Origin: Burkholderiales bacterium
GTDB lineage: Bacteria; Pseudomonadota; Gammaproteobacteria; Burkholderiales; Burkholderiaceae_C
NCBI GenBank assembly: GCA_038231215.1
Contig: JBBRLS010000018.1
Location: 3,832 to 67,831, forward strand
Reading direction: 5' to 3'
Length of the DNA: 64,000 bases
Positions within the stretch are counted from its first letter, which is position 1, and each line of letters starts with the position of its first letter. Below the pieces are notes generated by a model that saw only the letters and a program-made list of their open reading frames with translations, was not told where the DNA came from and ran no database searches. Shown here piece by piece: positions 21,739 to 32,037 of the stretch. The translations under genes and the position numbers were made by a program.

Positions 21739-23448
21739 TCAGATCGTGCGCACCTTGACCGTCGCGTGCTCGTTGATTCCCATCGCGCCGAAGAAGAGCG
21801 CCACCATGCGATGCGCCTCGATGAAGCTGACGCTGCGGTTTTCGGCGCGCCGCGCCAGCACCCAGTTGAGCAGGTCGCCGGCGGCGATGAAGTCGACGCG
21901 GATCAGGCGCGCGCACGAGACGTTGACGATGGTCGCCTTGCCGAGCTCGGCGTCGAGCTTTTTCAGCGTCGTCGCGATGTCGCCGATGAGCTGGCCCGAG
22001 AGTTCGACCGTGGCCACCTCGATCATCGCCGGGTCGTCGGTGAGCTGCGACTCCTGGAAGCTGGTCGAGACGTCGCTCACCAGCGTCAGCGGAGGCACGG
22101 TCGTGCTCTGGTTCGAGCCGCTGATACGGACGATGCTCCTGGCCGGCTCCCACGAGGGCGGCGAGACCTCGTAGGTGACGCAATAGTCGATCGCCGCCTC
22201 GTCGAACTGGTCCGGGCGGTTCGTCATGCGCAAGGCGTCGAGGCGAACCTGCCAGAACGCCGGGTCGGCATCGCGCACACCGGTGGGCGCGGCCTCCTGC
22301 AGCACGACGAACAGGCGATCGCCCGAGAGCCAGCGCATGTCGAGATCCTGCGGGATCCAGCTGCGGAACAACTCCGAGAGCCGGCCGCAGGCCTCGGCAT
22401 CGATCGTCTGCAGGGCGCCCCAGTCGAAGACCCAGGGCAAGGGCATCTGCAATGCCAGCGAGGCCAGCTTGGCGACGCCGTCGGCGTCGAGATAGTTGGG
22501 GCAGACCCAGCCGACCTGGCCTTCGACGCGAGAGCTGCTCGGCCGCTCCTCGCTGGCCGCCTCGGCAACCAGCTTGGGCATCGAGAACCATTGCGGCGCC
22601 GACCAGCCGAACTGCTGTGCGTAGTCGAGGGCCAGACTCTCGAACTTGTGCTGCTGGCCGATGGCGCGGTAGAGATCGAACAGCACCAGCCAGGTCTCGG
22701 CATGTTGGGCGCGCGCTCCGCCTGGGCCGGTCTGCGCCGCCAGCGACTGCTCGCACTGCTCGAAGTCGGCATTGGCGAAGGCGATCACGGCTTCGTCGAG
22801 GTCGGGGTCGTGGGTGACCTCGGGACTGTTCGCCGAGAACGCCTTGCCGAAGTCCTCGGCCGGCGACAGGTCGAGTCGAATCGGCGCGATCGATGCCGAG
22901 CGCGCGGCGGCAGGCACCGTCTTGACGATCTTGCCTGCCGGCGCCGACTGGGGAACGAAGTCCTCGACGCGGCCGCCGTGCGCTGGTGCGGCCGGCGGCG
23001 CGGGTGGCCGGCCGGCGAGCATGTCCATCGGCGCCGGCTGCGTCGGCGCGTTGTAGAACTCGGGGCCGCGGCGCTGCGTACTGGCGTAGCTGTCGCCCAC
23101 CATCTGCTGCTCGATCTCATCGATCTTGGTCTTGATGCCGGCGTCCTGGCGGGCCGGCGACTCGGAGGCACGCGGCTGCGAGTCGTCGAGCCGCGACGAG
23201 CCGAGCGCGGCGATCTGCTCGCTCGAGAGGCCTTCGCGGCGCACCTTGCGCAGCATGTCGAACTCGCGTTTGCGCACGAAGTCGTTGCGGCGCTTGCGCT
23301 CGATCATCGCCTTGAGCTCACCCTTGGCGTAGTCGCTTTCGCGGGTGTCCTCGACGGGCGCATCGAGTTCGGTCCAGTCCGTGGACGGATTCGCCACGAA
23401 CTTGACGACCTTGCGAAAGAAACTCGTCGTGTCTTTGGGTTCCGCCAT
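21739..23448 (-). CDS. Conserved protein with TPR-like and C-terminal STAS-like domains
   Basis: C-terminal VSCARLIRVDFIAAGDLLNWV is STAS-like. DPDLDEAVIAFANADF...WLVLFDLYRAIG is helical. Located between dksA and hslV. Confidence 0.75.
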   Translation of the reverse strand: MAEPKDTTSFFRKVVKFVANPSTDWTELDAPVEDTRESDYAKGELKAMIERKRRNDFVRKREFDMLRKVRREGLSSEQIAALGSSRLDDSQPRASESPARQDAGIKTKIDEIEQQMVGDSYASTQRRGPEFYNAPTQPAPMDMLAGRPPAPPAAPAHGGRVEDFVPQSAPAGKIVKTVPAAARSASIAPIRLDLSPAEDFGKAFSANSPEVTHDPDLDEAVIAFANADFEQCEQSLAAQTGPGGARAQHAETWLVLFDLYRAIGQQHKFESLALDYAQQFGWSAPQWFSMPKLVAEAASEERPSSSRVEGQVGWVCPNYLDADGVAKLASLALQMPLPWVFDWGALQTIDAEACGRLSELFRSWIPQDLDMRWLSGDRLFVVLQEAAPTGVRDADPAFWQVRLDALRMTNRPDQFDEAAIDYCVTYEVSPPSWEPARSIVRISGSNQSTTVPPLTLVSDVSTSFQESQLTDDPAMIEVATVELSGQLIGDIATTLKKLDAELGKATIVNVSCARLIRVDFIAAGDLLNWVLARRAENRSVSFIEAHRMVALFFGAMGINEHATVKVRTI

Positions 23449-23496
23449 GGGGAGAATCGGCGACACCAAACAGGCCCGGGGATGCGGGCCTGTCGC

Positions 23497-24513
23497 TCAG
23501 TCGCCGAACATTTTCTGCTTCAGCTCGCGACGCTGCTGCGCCTCGAGCGACAGTGTAGCCGTGGGCCGCGCGATGAGGCGCCCCAGGCCGATGGGTTCGC
23601 CGGTTTCGTCACAGAAACCGTACTCGCCGGATTCCAGCCGGCCCAGCGATTGCGAGATCTTCTTCAGAAGCTTGCGCTCACGGTCGCGCGTGCGCAACTC
23701 CAGGGCATGCTCTTCCTCGATGGTCGCCCGGTCGGCCGGATCGGGAACGATCGAGGTGTCTTCGCGCAGGTGCTCGGTGGTCTCGCCGGCGTTGCTGAGC
23801 AGGTCGTCCTTGAGGGCGCCGAGCTTCATCTTGAAGAACTCGATCTGCTTGTCGTTCATGTACTCCGAGTCGGGCATGGCCAGCACCTCGGCGTCGGTCA
23901 ACTCGCGGCCGCTCTTGGTCTTCCAGGCGTTGGCGAGTTTCGGATCGGCCTTCTGCTTCTCGCGGGGGATGTCGATTTCTTCGGTTTTCATCTGTCGAGT
24001 CGGCGGCCGGGGCGGTGCGAACCGATCCGCGAATCGTGAAGTCGGCGGTGGCAAGGGGGCCTGCACCGGAGCGACGAAGTATTTGGGCGTGCCGCGCCCG
24101 GGCTTGCGCGGTACGACGCCGGCGGGGAATCCAATTGGCGGGCCTGCGACGACAGGCGGCGTTGCTGCCGCGACCTTCGCGGCCGCCGGCACAACTGCAG
24201 GCTTGGGCGCCGGCGCCGAAACGATCGCCGGAGCGGCGTGCGGCTTGGCGGCCTTTGCGGTCTTTGCGGCCGGCGCGGGCACGGGCTTGGCGGTGTGGGG
24301 CTTCGGCGCCGCCTTGGCGGCGACCTTCTTCTCGGGCTTGGCGACCGCCTTCTTCGCGACGGGGACCTTGGTCGGGGTCGCCTTCCTGACGGGCGCGCGT
24401 GCCGCCCTGGCCGGGGCGGATTTCTTCGCGGTCGCCTTCCGGGCGGGTGCGGCGTGCCTGGCGCCGGACGGCGCCTTCGACGGTGTCTTCTTCTTGCCGG
24501 CTGATGTACTCAC
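23497..24513 (-). CDS. dksA: RNA polymerase-binding factor DksA with long Ala/Lys/Pro-rich N-terminal extension
   Basis: DPADRATIEEE coiled-coil tip and RDRERKLLKKI. GTG start after GAGGAGG. Confidence 0.9.
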   Translation of the reverse strand: MSTSAGKKKTPSKAPSGARHAAPARKATAKKSAPARAARAPVRKATPTKVPVAKKAVAKPEKKVAAKAAPKPHTAKPVPAPAAKTAKAAKPHAAPAIVSAPAPKPAVVPAAAKVAAATPPVVAGPPIGFPAGVVPRKPGRGTPKYFVAPVQAPLPPPTSRFADRFAPPRPPTRQMKTEEIDIPREKQKADPKLANAWKTKSGRELTDAEVLAMPDSEYMNDKQIEFFKMKLGALKDDLLSNAGETTEHLREDTSIVPDPADRATIEEEHALELRTRDRERKLLKKISQSLGRLESGEYGFCDETGEPIGLGRLIARPTATLSLEAQQRRELKQKMFGD

Positions 24514-24622
24514 AGGTCCTCCTCGCGACGACGGCTCGACCCCGCATGGCAAGGCGGCTGTGCGGGGTGGGGCCGGTTCAAGCGCCGCGGATTGTAGTCA
24601 CCTGCTATGCCGGAGCGAAACC

Positions 24623-25666
24623 TCACGCCAGACACTGTTTGAGACCCTGTTCCAGGATCTCGCGCGGCAGGTCGATGCCGATGAACACCATCTTGCTGTT
24701 TTTCTTCTCGCCGGGCATCCATTTCGGCCCCAGGTCGCTGCCCATCAACTGGTGCACGCCCTGGAAGATGACCTTGCGATCGGCGCCCTTCATCCATAGC
24801 ACGCCCTTGTAGCGAAGCAGCTTGGGGCCGTAGACCTGGACGATGGCGCCGAGAAAGTCCTCGAGCTTGCCGGCATCCAGCGGCTTGTCGGCGCGGAAGA
24901 CGAAGGACTTGACGTCGTCGTCGTGAACGTGATGGTGCGGGTGGTCGCAGTGCTCGCCCTCTGCGTGATCGTGGCCTTCGTGGTCGTGGTGATCGTGACC
25001 GTGCTCGTCGGCCTTCAGGAAATCGGGATCGATCTCGAGCTTGGCGTTGAGGTTGAAGCCCTTCAGGTCGAACACGTCGGCGATCGGCACCTCGCCGAAG
25101 TTGACCTTCGACTGCTTTGCGCGCGGGTTCATGTGCTTGATGCGGTGAATCAGCGCGCCGACCGTCTCGTCGTCGACGAGGTCGGTCTTGCTGATGAAGA
25201 TCTGGTCCGCAAAGCCGACCTGGCGGCGCGCTTCCTGGCGGTCGTCGAGCTGCTGGTCGCCGTGCTTGGCGTCGACCAGGGTGAGGATCGAGTCGAGCAG
25301 ATAGCTCTCGGCGATTTCGTCGTCCATGAAGAAGGTCTGGGCGACCGGGCCGGGGTCGGCCAGGCCCGTTGTCTCGATGACGACTCGGTCGAAGTCGAGC
25401 TCGCCCTTTCTCTTCTTCTCGGCCAGGTCGGCCAAGGTCGTGCGCAGATCCTCGCGGATCGAGCAGCACACGCAGCCGTTGTTGAGCTGGATGATCTGCT
25501 CCTTCGAGTCCTGCACCAGGATCTCGTTGTCGATGTTCTCCTCGCCGAACTCGTTCTCGATGACGGCGATCTTCTGGCCGTGCGCCTCGGTCAGCACGCG
25601 CTTGAGCAGGGTCGTCTTGCCCGAGCCCAGGAAGCCGGTCAGGATGGTGGCGGGGATGAGGCTCAT
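24623..25666 (-). CDS. COG0523 (CobW/ZigA-type) metallochaperone GTPase
   Basis: GFLGSGKT, NEFGE, GCVCC, IETTGLADP and a His-rich insert. Confidence 0.92.
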   Translation of the reverse strand: MSLIPATILTGFLGSGKTTLLKRVLTEAHGQKIAVIENEFGEENIDNEILVQDSKEQIIQLNNGCVCCSIREDLRTTLADLAEKKRKGELDFDRVVIETTGLADPGPVAQTFFMDDEIAESYLLDSILTLVDAKHGDQQLDDRQEARRQVGFADQIFISKTDLVDDETVGALIHRIKHMNPRAKQSKVNFGEVPIADVFDLKGFNLNAKLEIDPDFLKADEHGHDHHDHEGHDHAEGEHCDHPHHHVHDDDVKSFVFRADKPLDAGKLEDFLGAIVQVYGPKLLRYKGVLWMKGADRKVIFQGVHQLMGSDLGPKWMPGEKKNSKMVFIGIDLPREILEQGLKQCLA

Positions 25667-25850
25667 GGGCGATTCACTCTGGGTTGCGGGTTCGATAGGC
25701 AGGGCTCGCCGCCATGCGGCGCGCGGGCGAACGCGGAGATGAGGCCGGCGACCGCCCCTTCAAGGTAGCAGACTTGTCAAGCGGGTACGTTTCGCGCTTC
25801 GGGTAAGCTGGATGGCGCTCCGGTTTCGCCGGCCGCCACTTCCACCTCCG

Positions 25851-26744
25851 ATGTCAGAACCTCCTGCCGCCCGCGCCGCGCGCGGCGCCGACAAGGCCGC
25901 CGCGCCGCCCGACCGGCGCAATATCTTCCAGAAGCTCGTCGATCTCGTCTCGCCGGGCCCCGAGTCGCGCGACCAGCTCATGGAGTCGCTCGCCGACGCC
26001 GAGCACAAGGAGCTGATCGAGCCCGAGTCGCGCATGATGCTCGAGGGCGTGCTGCGCATGGCCGACATGACGGCCGGCGACGTGATGGTGGCCGCGCCGC
26101 ACATGGACCTGCTCGACATCGACGCGCCGTACGACGAGCTGCTGCACGTCATCATCCGCACCGGCCATTCGCGCTTTCCGGTCTTCGAGGAGCGGCGCGA
26201 CAACGTCATCGGCATCCTGCTCGCCAAGGACCTGCTCAAGCTGCATCGCTCACCCGACCTGAGCCTGCGCACGCTGCTGCGGCCGGCGGTGTTCGTGCCC
26301 GAATCGAAGGCGCTCAACGACCTGCTGCGCGACTTTCGTTCCAACCGCAATCACCTCGCCATCGTCATCGACGAGTTCGGCAGCACCGCAGGGCTTCTGA
26401 CCATCGAGGACGTGCTCGAAGAGATCGTCGGCGAGATCGAGGACGAGTTCGACGACAAGGACGGCGAGAGCAGCATCTACACGCTCGCCGACGGCGGCCA
26501 GCGGGTCGCCGGCGACACGACCATCGCGGCAGTGAATGGCTTCTTCGACGTCGCGCTGCCGACCGACGAGTTCGAGACGATCGGCGGCCTCGTCGCCCAG
26601 GAACTCGGGCGCGTGCCGCGGCGCGGCGAGTCGGTCACCATCGGCGGTCTCGTCTTCACCGTGATGCTGACGCGCGGCGGTGCGGTGCGCTGGTTCAAGG
26701 TCACCGGCGCCGCCGAAGAGGCGCTCGGGTCGGACGGCGCTTGA
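25851..26744 (+). CDS. corC: CBS-domain Mg/Co efflux-associated protein CorC
   Basis: GHSRFPV, IVIDEFG...GLLTIEDVLEEIVGEIEDEFD and a CorC C-terminal domain; upstream of lnt. Confidence 0.88.
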   Translation: MSEPPAARAARGADKAAAPPDRRNIFQKLVDLVSPGPESRDQLMESLADAEHKELIEPESRMMLEGVLRMADMTAGDVMVAAPHMDLLDIDAPYDELLHVIIRTGHSRFPVFEERRDNVIGILLAKDLLKLHRSPDLSLRTLLRPAVFVPESKALNDLLRDFRSNRNHLAIVIDEFGSTAGLLTIEDVLEEIVGEIEDEFDDKDGESSIYTLADGGQRVAGDTTIAAVNGFFDVALPTDEFETIGGLVAQELGRVPRRGESVTIGGLVFTVMLTRGGAVRWFKVTGAAEEALGSDGA

Positions 26745-28291
26745 CGGCATCGGCCGGCGGCGGTCGGCGTGCTGGACCGGCCTGGCCGGTCGGGGTCGAC
26801 GTCGGTTTCGTCGCCGCGCTAGGAGCGGCGCAGACGATCGCCTTCGTCCACACCGCGTTCTGGCCGGCGCAGGTGATGGCCATCGCGTTGCTCGCCTGGC
26901 GAGTCGGCATGGCATCGCCGGGTCGCGCTTTCGTCCTCGGCCACGCCTTTGGAACGGCGTGGCTCTGCGCCGGCACGTGGTGGCTCTACGTCAGCATGCA
27001 TCGCTATGGCGGCCTGCCGGCGTGGTTGGCGGCGCTCGCCGTGTTCGCGCTGGCCAGCTTTCTCTCCCTCTATCTCGGCGCGGCGATGGCGTCGGCGGCA
27101 CGTTGGCGCGGTCGCGGCGCGCTGGCGAGCGCCGCGCTGTTCGCGGCAGTCTGGCTCCTCGCCGAATGGGCGCGCGGCGTCATCTTCACCGGCTTTCCGT
27201 GGCTGGCGAGCGGTTATGCGCAGATCGATTCGCCGCTGGCCGGCTACGCGCCGTGGCTCGGCGTCTATGGCATCGGCGCAGTCGTGGCCGGGGTGGCGGC
27301 CGCCTTCGGCTTCAGCCACCTCGGAACGCTGCGCGCCTGGCTCGCACCGGGCGCTGCACTGCTGGTCGCGATCGTCCTCGGCGCATTCGCCGGTGGCGTC
27401 GACTTCACGCGGCTGACGACGACGCTTTCGGTGACGCTGCTGCAGAACAACGTGGCGCAGGACGAGAAGTTCGAGGCGCGCTTCGTCCCCGAGGCGCTCG
27501 CCCTGACTGCCGCGCAGCTCGATCAGGCGAAGGGCGACCTCGTCGTCGGGCCCGAGACCGTCATCCCTCTGCTGCCCAGCCAGCTCGACCCGGCCTGGTG
27601 GCAGGACGTGCTGACGCGATTCCGGCAGCCGGGCCGCGCTGCGATCGTCGGCCTGCCGCTCGGCAACGACGACGCCGGCTACACCAACTCGGCGGCCGGC
27701 ATCTCGGCGGCGACCGCGGCCATGCCCGGCGGCTTCTATCGCTACGACAAGCACCACCTCGTTCCCTTCGGCGAATTCATTCCGCGCGGCTTTCGCTGGT
27801 TCACCGAGCTCATGAACATCCCGCTCGGCGACTTCAACCGCGGCCCGCTCACTGCGCCCTCGTTCGTCGTCAAAGGCGAGCGCGTCGCGCCGAACATCTG
27901 CTACGAAGACCTGTTCGGCGAGGACCTCGCGGCGCGCTTCGTCCCCGAAGCAGCGGCGCCGACGATCCTCGCCAACATCAGCAACATCGGCTGGTTCGGC
28001 GAGACCATCGCCGTCGCCCAGCACCTCGAGATCTCGCGCATGCGCACGCTCGAGCTGCAGCGGCCGATGATCCGCGCCACCAACACCGGCGCCACGGCGG
28101 TGATCGATCACCGCGGCGTCGTCGTGAAGTCGTTGCCGCCGTTCACGAAAGGCGCGCTTGAAGCGACGGTCGAAGGACGCAGCGGCCTCACGCCATTTGC
28201 GGCGTGGGCCGGACGATTCGGCCTGTGGCCGTTATTCGCCGTGGCGGCGACGGTGCTGCTACTCGCCGTCGCGCGTCGTCGTCGCGCCTAA
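26741..28291 (+). CDS. lnt: Apolipoprotein N-acyltransferase
   Basis: [26 protein letters not shown] and RATNTG. Confidence 0.95.
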   Translation: MTASAGGGRRAGPAWPVGVDVGFVAALGAAQTIAFVHTAFWPAQVMAIALLAWRVGMASPGRAFVLGHAFGTAWLCAGTWWLYVSMHRYGGLPAWLAALAVFALASFLSLYLGAAMASAARWRGRGALASAALFAAVWLLAEWARGVIFTGFPWLASGYAQIDSPLAGYAPWLGVYGIGAVVAGVAAAFGFSHLGTLRAWLAPGAALLVAIVLGAFAGGVDFTRLTTTLSVTLLQNNVAQDEKFEARFVPEALALTAAQLDQAKGDLVVGPETVIPLLPSQLDPAWWQDVLTRFRQPGRAAIVGLPLGNDDAGYTNSAAGISAATAAMPGGFYRYDKHHLVPFGEFIPRGFRWFTELMNIPLGDFNRGPLTAPSFVVKGERVAPNICYEDLFGEDLAARFVPEAAAPTILANISNIGWFGETIAVAQHLEISRMRTLELQRPMIRATNTGATAVIDHRGVVVKSLPPFTKGALEATVEGRSGLTPFAAWAGRFGLWPLFAVAATVLLLAVARRRRA

Positions 28292-28349
28292 AATCGAGTC
28301 TCGTCGCAGAGCACGCCCGCCTCGGGACGGCCAGCCGAGAACCCGCCCG

Positions 28350-29288
28350 ATGCTCTCGTTCCAGGACATCATTCTTCGCTTGCAGACCTACTGGTCGGGA
28401 TATGGCTGCGCCTTGCTGCAGCCTTACGACATGGAGGTCGGCGCCGGCACCAGCCACACCGCTACCTTCCTGCGCGCGATCGGCCCCGAGCCCTGGAAGG
28501 CGGCGTACGTGCAGCCGAGCCGTCGCCCCAAGGACGGCCGCTATGGCAACAACCCGAACCGGCTCCAGCACTACTACCAGTACCAGGTCGTGCTGAAGCC
28601 CGCGCCCGCCGACATCCTGGATCTCTACCTGGGCTCGCTCGAAGCTCTCGGGTTCGACCTCAAGACCAACGACGTGCGCTTCGTCGAAGACGACTGGGAG
28701 AACCCGACGCTCGGCGCCTGGGGCCTCGGCTGGGAGGTCTGGCTGAACGGCATGGAAGTGACGCAGTTCACCTACTTCCAGCAGGTGGGCGGCCTCGAGT
28801 GCAAGCCGATCACGGGCGAGATCACCTACGGGCTCGAGCGGCTGGCGATGTACGTGCAGGGCGTCGACAACGTCTACAAGCTGCAGTGGACCGAGGGCCT
28901 GACCTACGCCGACGTCTATCACCAGAACGAGTTCGAGCAGAGCACCTACAACTTCGAGCACAGCGACGTCGAGTTCCTGCTCGCCGCTTTTGCCGCGCAC
29001 GAGCGCCAGGCCAAGGCACTGATGGAGTTGCAGCTCGCGTTGCCGGCGTATGAACAGGTGCTGAAGGCGGCGCACAGCTTCAACCTGCTCGACGCGCGAG
29101 GCGCGATCAGCGTGACGGAGCGGGCGGCGTACATCGGGAGGATTCGCGTGCTGGCGAAGAGCGTCGCGCAGAGCTATCTCGAGAGCCGGGCGCGACTGGG
29201 ATTTCCGATGGCGCCGAAGGCGTGGGGCGACGAGATCAGTGCGCAGCTTGCGGCAAAGGCCTTGGCTGCCGAGAAGCGAGCCACGTGA
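28350..29288 (+). CDS. glyQ: Glycine--tRNA ligase alpha subunit
   Basis: [24 protein letters not shown] and ITYGLERL. Confidence 0.97.
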   Translation: MLSFQDIILRLQTYWSGYGCALLQPYDMEVGAGTSHTATFLRAIGPEPWKAAYVQPSRRPKDGRYGNNPNRLQHYYQYQVVLKPAPADILDLYLGSLEALGFDLKTNDVRFVEDDWENPTLGAWGLGWEVWLNGMEVTQFTYFQQVGGLECKPITGEITYGLERLAMYVQGVDNVYKLQWTEGLTYADVYHQNEFEQSTYNFEHSDVEFLLAAFAAHERQAKALMELQLALPAYEQVLKAAHSFNLLDARGAISVTERAAYIGRIRVLAKSVAQSYLESRARLGFPMAPKAWGDEISAQLAAKALAAEKRAT

Positions 29289-31411
29289 TGGCCCAAGTCG
29301 ATACCGCGCCGCTGTTGGTCGAGCTGCTCGTCGAGGAACTGCCGCCCAAAGCGTTGAAGGCGATCGGTGCGGCGTTCGCCGACGGCATCGGCAACGGCTT
29401 GATCCGCGCGCAGCTGAAGCTGCGCGACGCGGACTGGACCTGGTACGCGACGCCGAGGCGACTGGCGGTTCTGGTCCCGAATGTGCTCGCCCGCGCTTCG
29501 GATCGCGCCGGGGAAATCAAGCTGATGCCCGCAAGCGTGGGTCTTTCTGCTGCCGGCGAGCCGACGCCCGCGCTGCTCAAGAAGCTGGCAGCGCTCGGCG
29601 CCGACGCAACGGTGGTTCCGCGACTCAAACGGCGCATCGACGGCAAGGCCGAAACCTTGTTCTTCGACAGCATCGTTGCGGGCGTCAGCGTGGCCGACGG
29701 GTTGCAGCAGGCACTCGAAGCAACGCTTGCGCGCCTGCCCATCCCGAAGGTCATGCAGTACCAGCTCGCCGACGGCTGGACGACAGTCGCATTCGTCCGC
29801 CCGGCGCACGCGCTGGTGGCGCTGCACGGCGATGCCGTCGTGCCCGTGCACGCCCTCGGCCTCAAGGCCGGCCGCGCCACGCTCGGCCATCGCTTCGAGG
29901 CGAAGCAAACGCCGATCCTCGTGCGCGAGGCCTCGAGCTACGAGCAGCAACTGCGCGATGAGGGCGCGGTGATCGCGAGCTTCGCCGGCCGGCGTGCCGA
30001 GACCGCGCGCCAGCTCGCAGCGGCCGCAGCCAGCGCCGGCCTCACGCCAATCGATGACGCGGCCCTCCTCGACGAGGTGACGGCGCTGGTCGAGCGGCCG
30101 AACGTCGTCGCATGCAGCTTCGAGGCCGAGTTTCTCGACGTGCCGCCCGAGTGCCTGATCCTGACGATGAAGGCCAACCAGAAGTACTTCCCGCTCCTCG
30201 ATGCGAAGGGCGCGTTGACGAACCGCTTCCTCGTCGTCAGCAACATCGCCCCGGCCGACACGAGCCGCATCGTCGAAGGCAACGAGCGCGTTGTCCGGCC
30301 ACGGCTCGCCGACGCGAAGTTCTTCTTCGACCAGGACCGGAAAAGGACGCTCGAGTCGCGAGTGGCCGGGCTCGACAGGGTCGTATACAACGCCAAGCTT
30401 GGCAGCCAGGGCGAACGAGTGAAGCGCGTGCGCGCGATTGCTCGCTGGGTCGCCGAGCGAATCGGCGCGAATGTCGAGAACGCCAGCAGGGCCGCCGAGT
30501 TGTCCAAGGCCGACCTCCTGACAGACATGGTCGGCGAGTTCCCCGAACTGCAAGGAATCATGGGCGGCTACTACGCGGCTCATGACGGCGAAAACGAAGA
30601 TGTCGTCACGGCCATCAGGTCGCAGTACGTCAATCCTCGCGGCGAGATCGACGAGGCGCCGAATCTCGTCGCAGCGGCGCTTCTCATTGCCGACCGCGCG
30701 GAGACGCTCGTGGGAATCTGGGGCATCGGCCTCAAGCCGACCGGCGAAAAAGACCCCTATGCGCTTCGTCGACACGCTCTCACGCTGCTTCATGCCTTCT
30801 CCTTGCTGACGTTCGCAACCGGCGCTGCAGCGCTGCGCCTCTCTTTGCCCGAGCTGCTCGAATTCGCTCGCTCCACTTTCTCTGCAGCCCTGTCCGACGA
30901 CACCGTTGACGAAGTCACGGATTTCATCTACGAGCGGCTCGGTAATCAACTTGCGATGCGCTTCGACGTACGCACCGTTGGCGCCGTCATGGCGCTGCGT
31001 CCGCCTCTGCAGGAAGTCGAGCCACGCCTCGAGGCCGTCGTGGCCTTTCAGCAGTTGCCCGAAGCATCCGCTCTTGCTGCCGCAAACAAGCGGGTCGGCA
31101 ACATCCTTAAGAAGTCGGGCGAAGGCGCAGAGGGTGAGGTCGATACGGCGCTGCTGCGCGAGCCGGCTGAGGCGGCGTTGCATGGTGCGCTTGGCGAGGT
31201 TGGACCACGCTCGGCGGCGGCGTTCGAGCGGCGCGACTATGCCGCGTCGTTGCAGGCACTTGCTGCCCTGCGCTCGCCGGTCGATGCCTTCTTCGATACC
31301 GTCATGGTCAACGTCGACGATGCGGCGCTGCGGACCAACCGACTGGTTCTTCTCGCGGCCTTGCATAACGAGATGAACCGAGTGGCTGACCTGTCCAGGC
31401 TTGCGACCTGA
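29288..31411 (+). CDS. glyS: Glycine--tRNA ligase beta subunit
   Basis: LLVELLVEELPPK, TPRRLAV, FVRPAH, MVGEFPELQG and KDPYALRR; overlaps the glyQ stop. Confidence 0.95.
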   Translation: MAQVDTAPLLVELLVEELPPKALKAIGAAFADGIGNGLIRAQLKLRDADWTWYATPRRLAVLVPNVLARASDRAGEIKLMPASVGLSAAGEPTPALLKKLAALGADATVVPRLKRRIDGKAETLFFDSIVAGVSVADGLQQALEATLARLPIPKVMQYQLADGWTTVAFVRPAHALVALHGDAVVPVHALGLKAGRATLGHRFEAKQTPILVREASSYEQQLRDEGAVIASFAGRRAETARQLAAAAASAGLTPIDDAALLDEVTALVERPNVVACSFEAEFLDVPPECLILTMKANQKYFPLLDAKGALTNRFLVVSNIAPADTSRIVEGNERVVRPRLADAKFFFDQDRKRTLESRVAGLDRVVYNAKLGSQGERVKRVRAIARWVAERIGANVENASRAAELSKADLLTDMVGEFPELQGIMGGYYAAHDGENEDVVTAIRSQYVNPRGEIDEAPNLVAAALLIADRAETLVGIWGIGLKPTGEKDPYALRRHALTLLHAFSLLTFATGAAALRLSLPELLEFARSTFSAALSDDTVDEVTDFIYERLGNQLAMRFDVRTVGAVMALRPPLQEVEPRLEAVVAFQQLPEASALAAANKRVGNILKKSGEGAEGEVDTALLREPAEAALHGALGEVGPRSAAAFERRDYAASLQALAALRSPVDAFFDTVMVNVDDAALRTNRLVLLAALHNEMNRVADLSRLAT

Positions 31412-31431
31412 CGACCGCCACAATCCGCGTC

Positions 31432-32037
31432 ATGAAGCTCGTCATCCTCGACCGCGACGGCACGATCAACGAGGATCGCGACGACTACGTGAAGTCGGCC
31501 GACGAGTGGCTGCCGGTGCCCGGCGCGCTCGAGGCGATCGCGCGGCTCAACCACGCCGGCTGGCACACCGTGATCGCGTCCAACCAGTCGGGGCTGGCGC
31601 GCGGCCGCTTCGACATGGCGGCGCTCAACGCCATCCACGCCCGCATGAATCGCGAACTGGCCGAGGTGGGCGGGCGCATCGACGCGATCTTCTTCTGCCC
31701 GCATGGCCCCGACGACGGCTGCCGCTGCCGCAAACCCCTGCCTGGGCTGTTCGAGACGATCGGCGAGCGCTACGGCATCGACCTCGCCGAGGTGCACGCC
31801 GTCGGCGACTCGCTGCGCGACCTTCAGGCCGGCGATGCGGCCGGATGCATGACGCACTTCGTGTGCACCGGCAAAGGCGCGCGTCTCGACGAGGCCGAAC
31901 TCGTCGCCGTGCAGAGCGCGGTGCCGAAGGCGCGCATCCATGCCGACCTCGCTGCCTTTGCCCATGAGCTGCTGCACGAAGAGCGGGTCGAGCGCGGCGA
32001 TGCGGCGGAGCCCGACTCGGTGTTCGGCGCGCTGTGA
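31432..32037 (+). CDS. gmhB: D-glycero-beta-D-manno-heptose-1,7-bisphosphate 7-phosphatase
   Basis: LDRDGTIN, SNQSG, CPH...CRCRKP and VGDS HAD motifs. Confidence 0.92.
   Translation: MKLVILDRDGTINEDRDDYVKSADEWLPVPGALEAIARLNHAGWHTVIASNQSGLARGRFDMAALNAIHARMNRELAEVGGRIDAIFFCPHGPDDGCRCRKPLPGLFETIGERYGIDLAEVHAVGDSLRDLQAGDAAGCMTHFVCTGKGARLDEAELVAVQSAVPKARIHADLAAFAHELLHEERVERGDAAEPDSVFGAL

Noticed and set aside
21166-24039. 957-aa plus-strand ORF, and similar long antisense ORFs (5109-7697, 47627-50029, 50057-51775, 52278-54170, 58618-61116)
   Set aside because: They overlap well-supported genes on the opposite strand, have no recognisable motifs, and show the composition expected of reverse-frame shadows.
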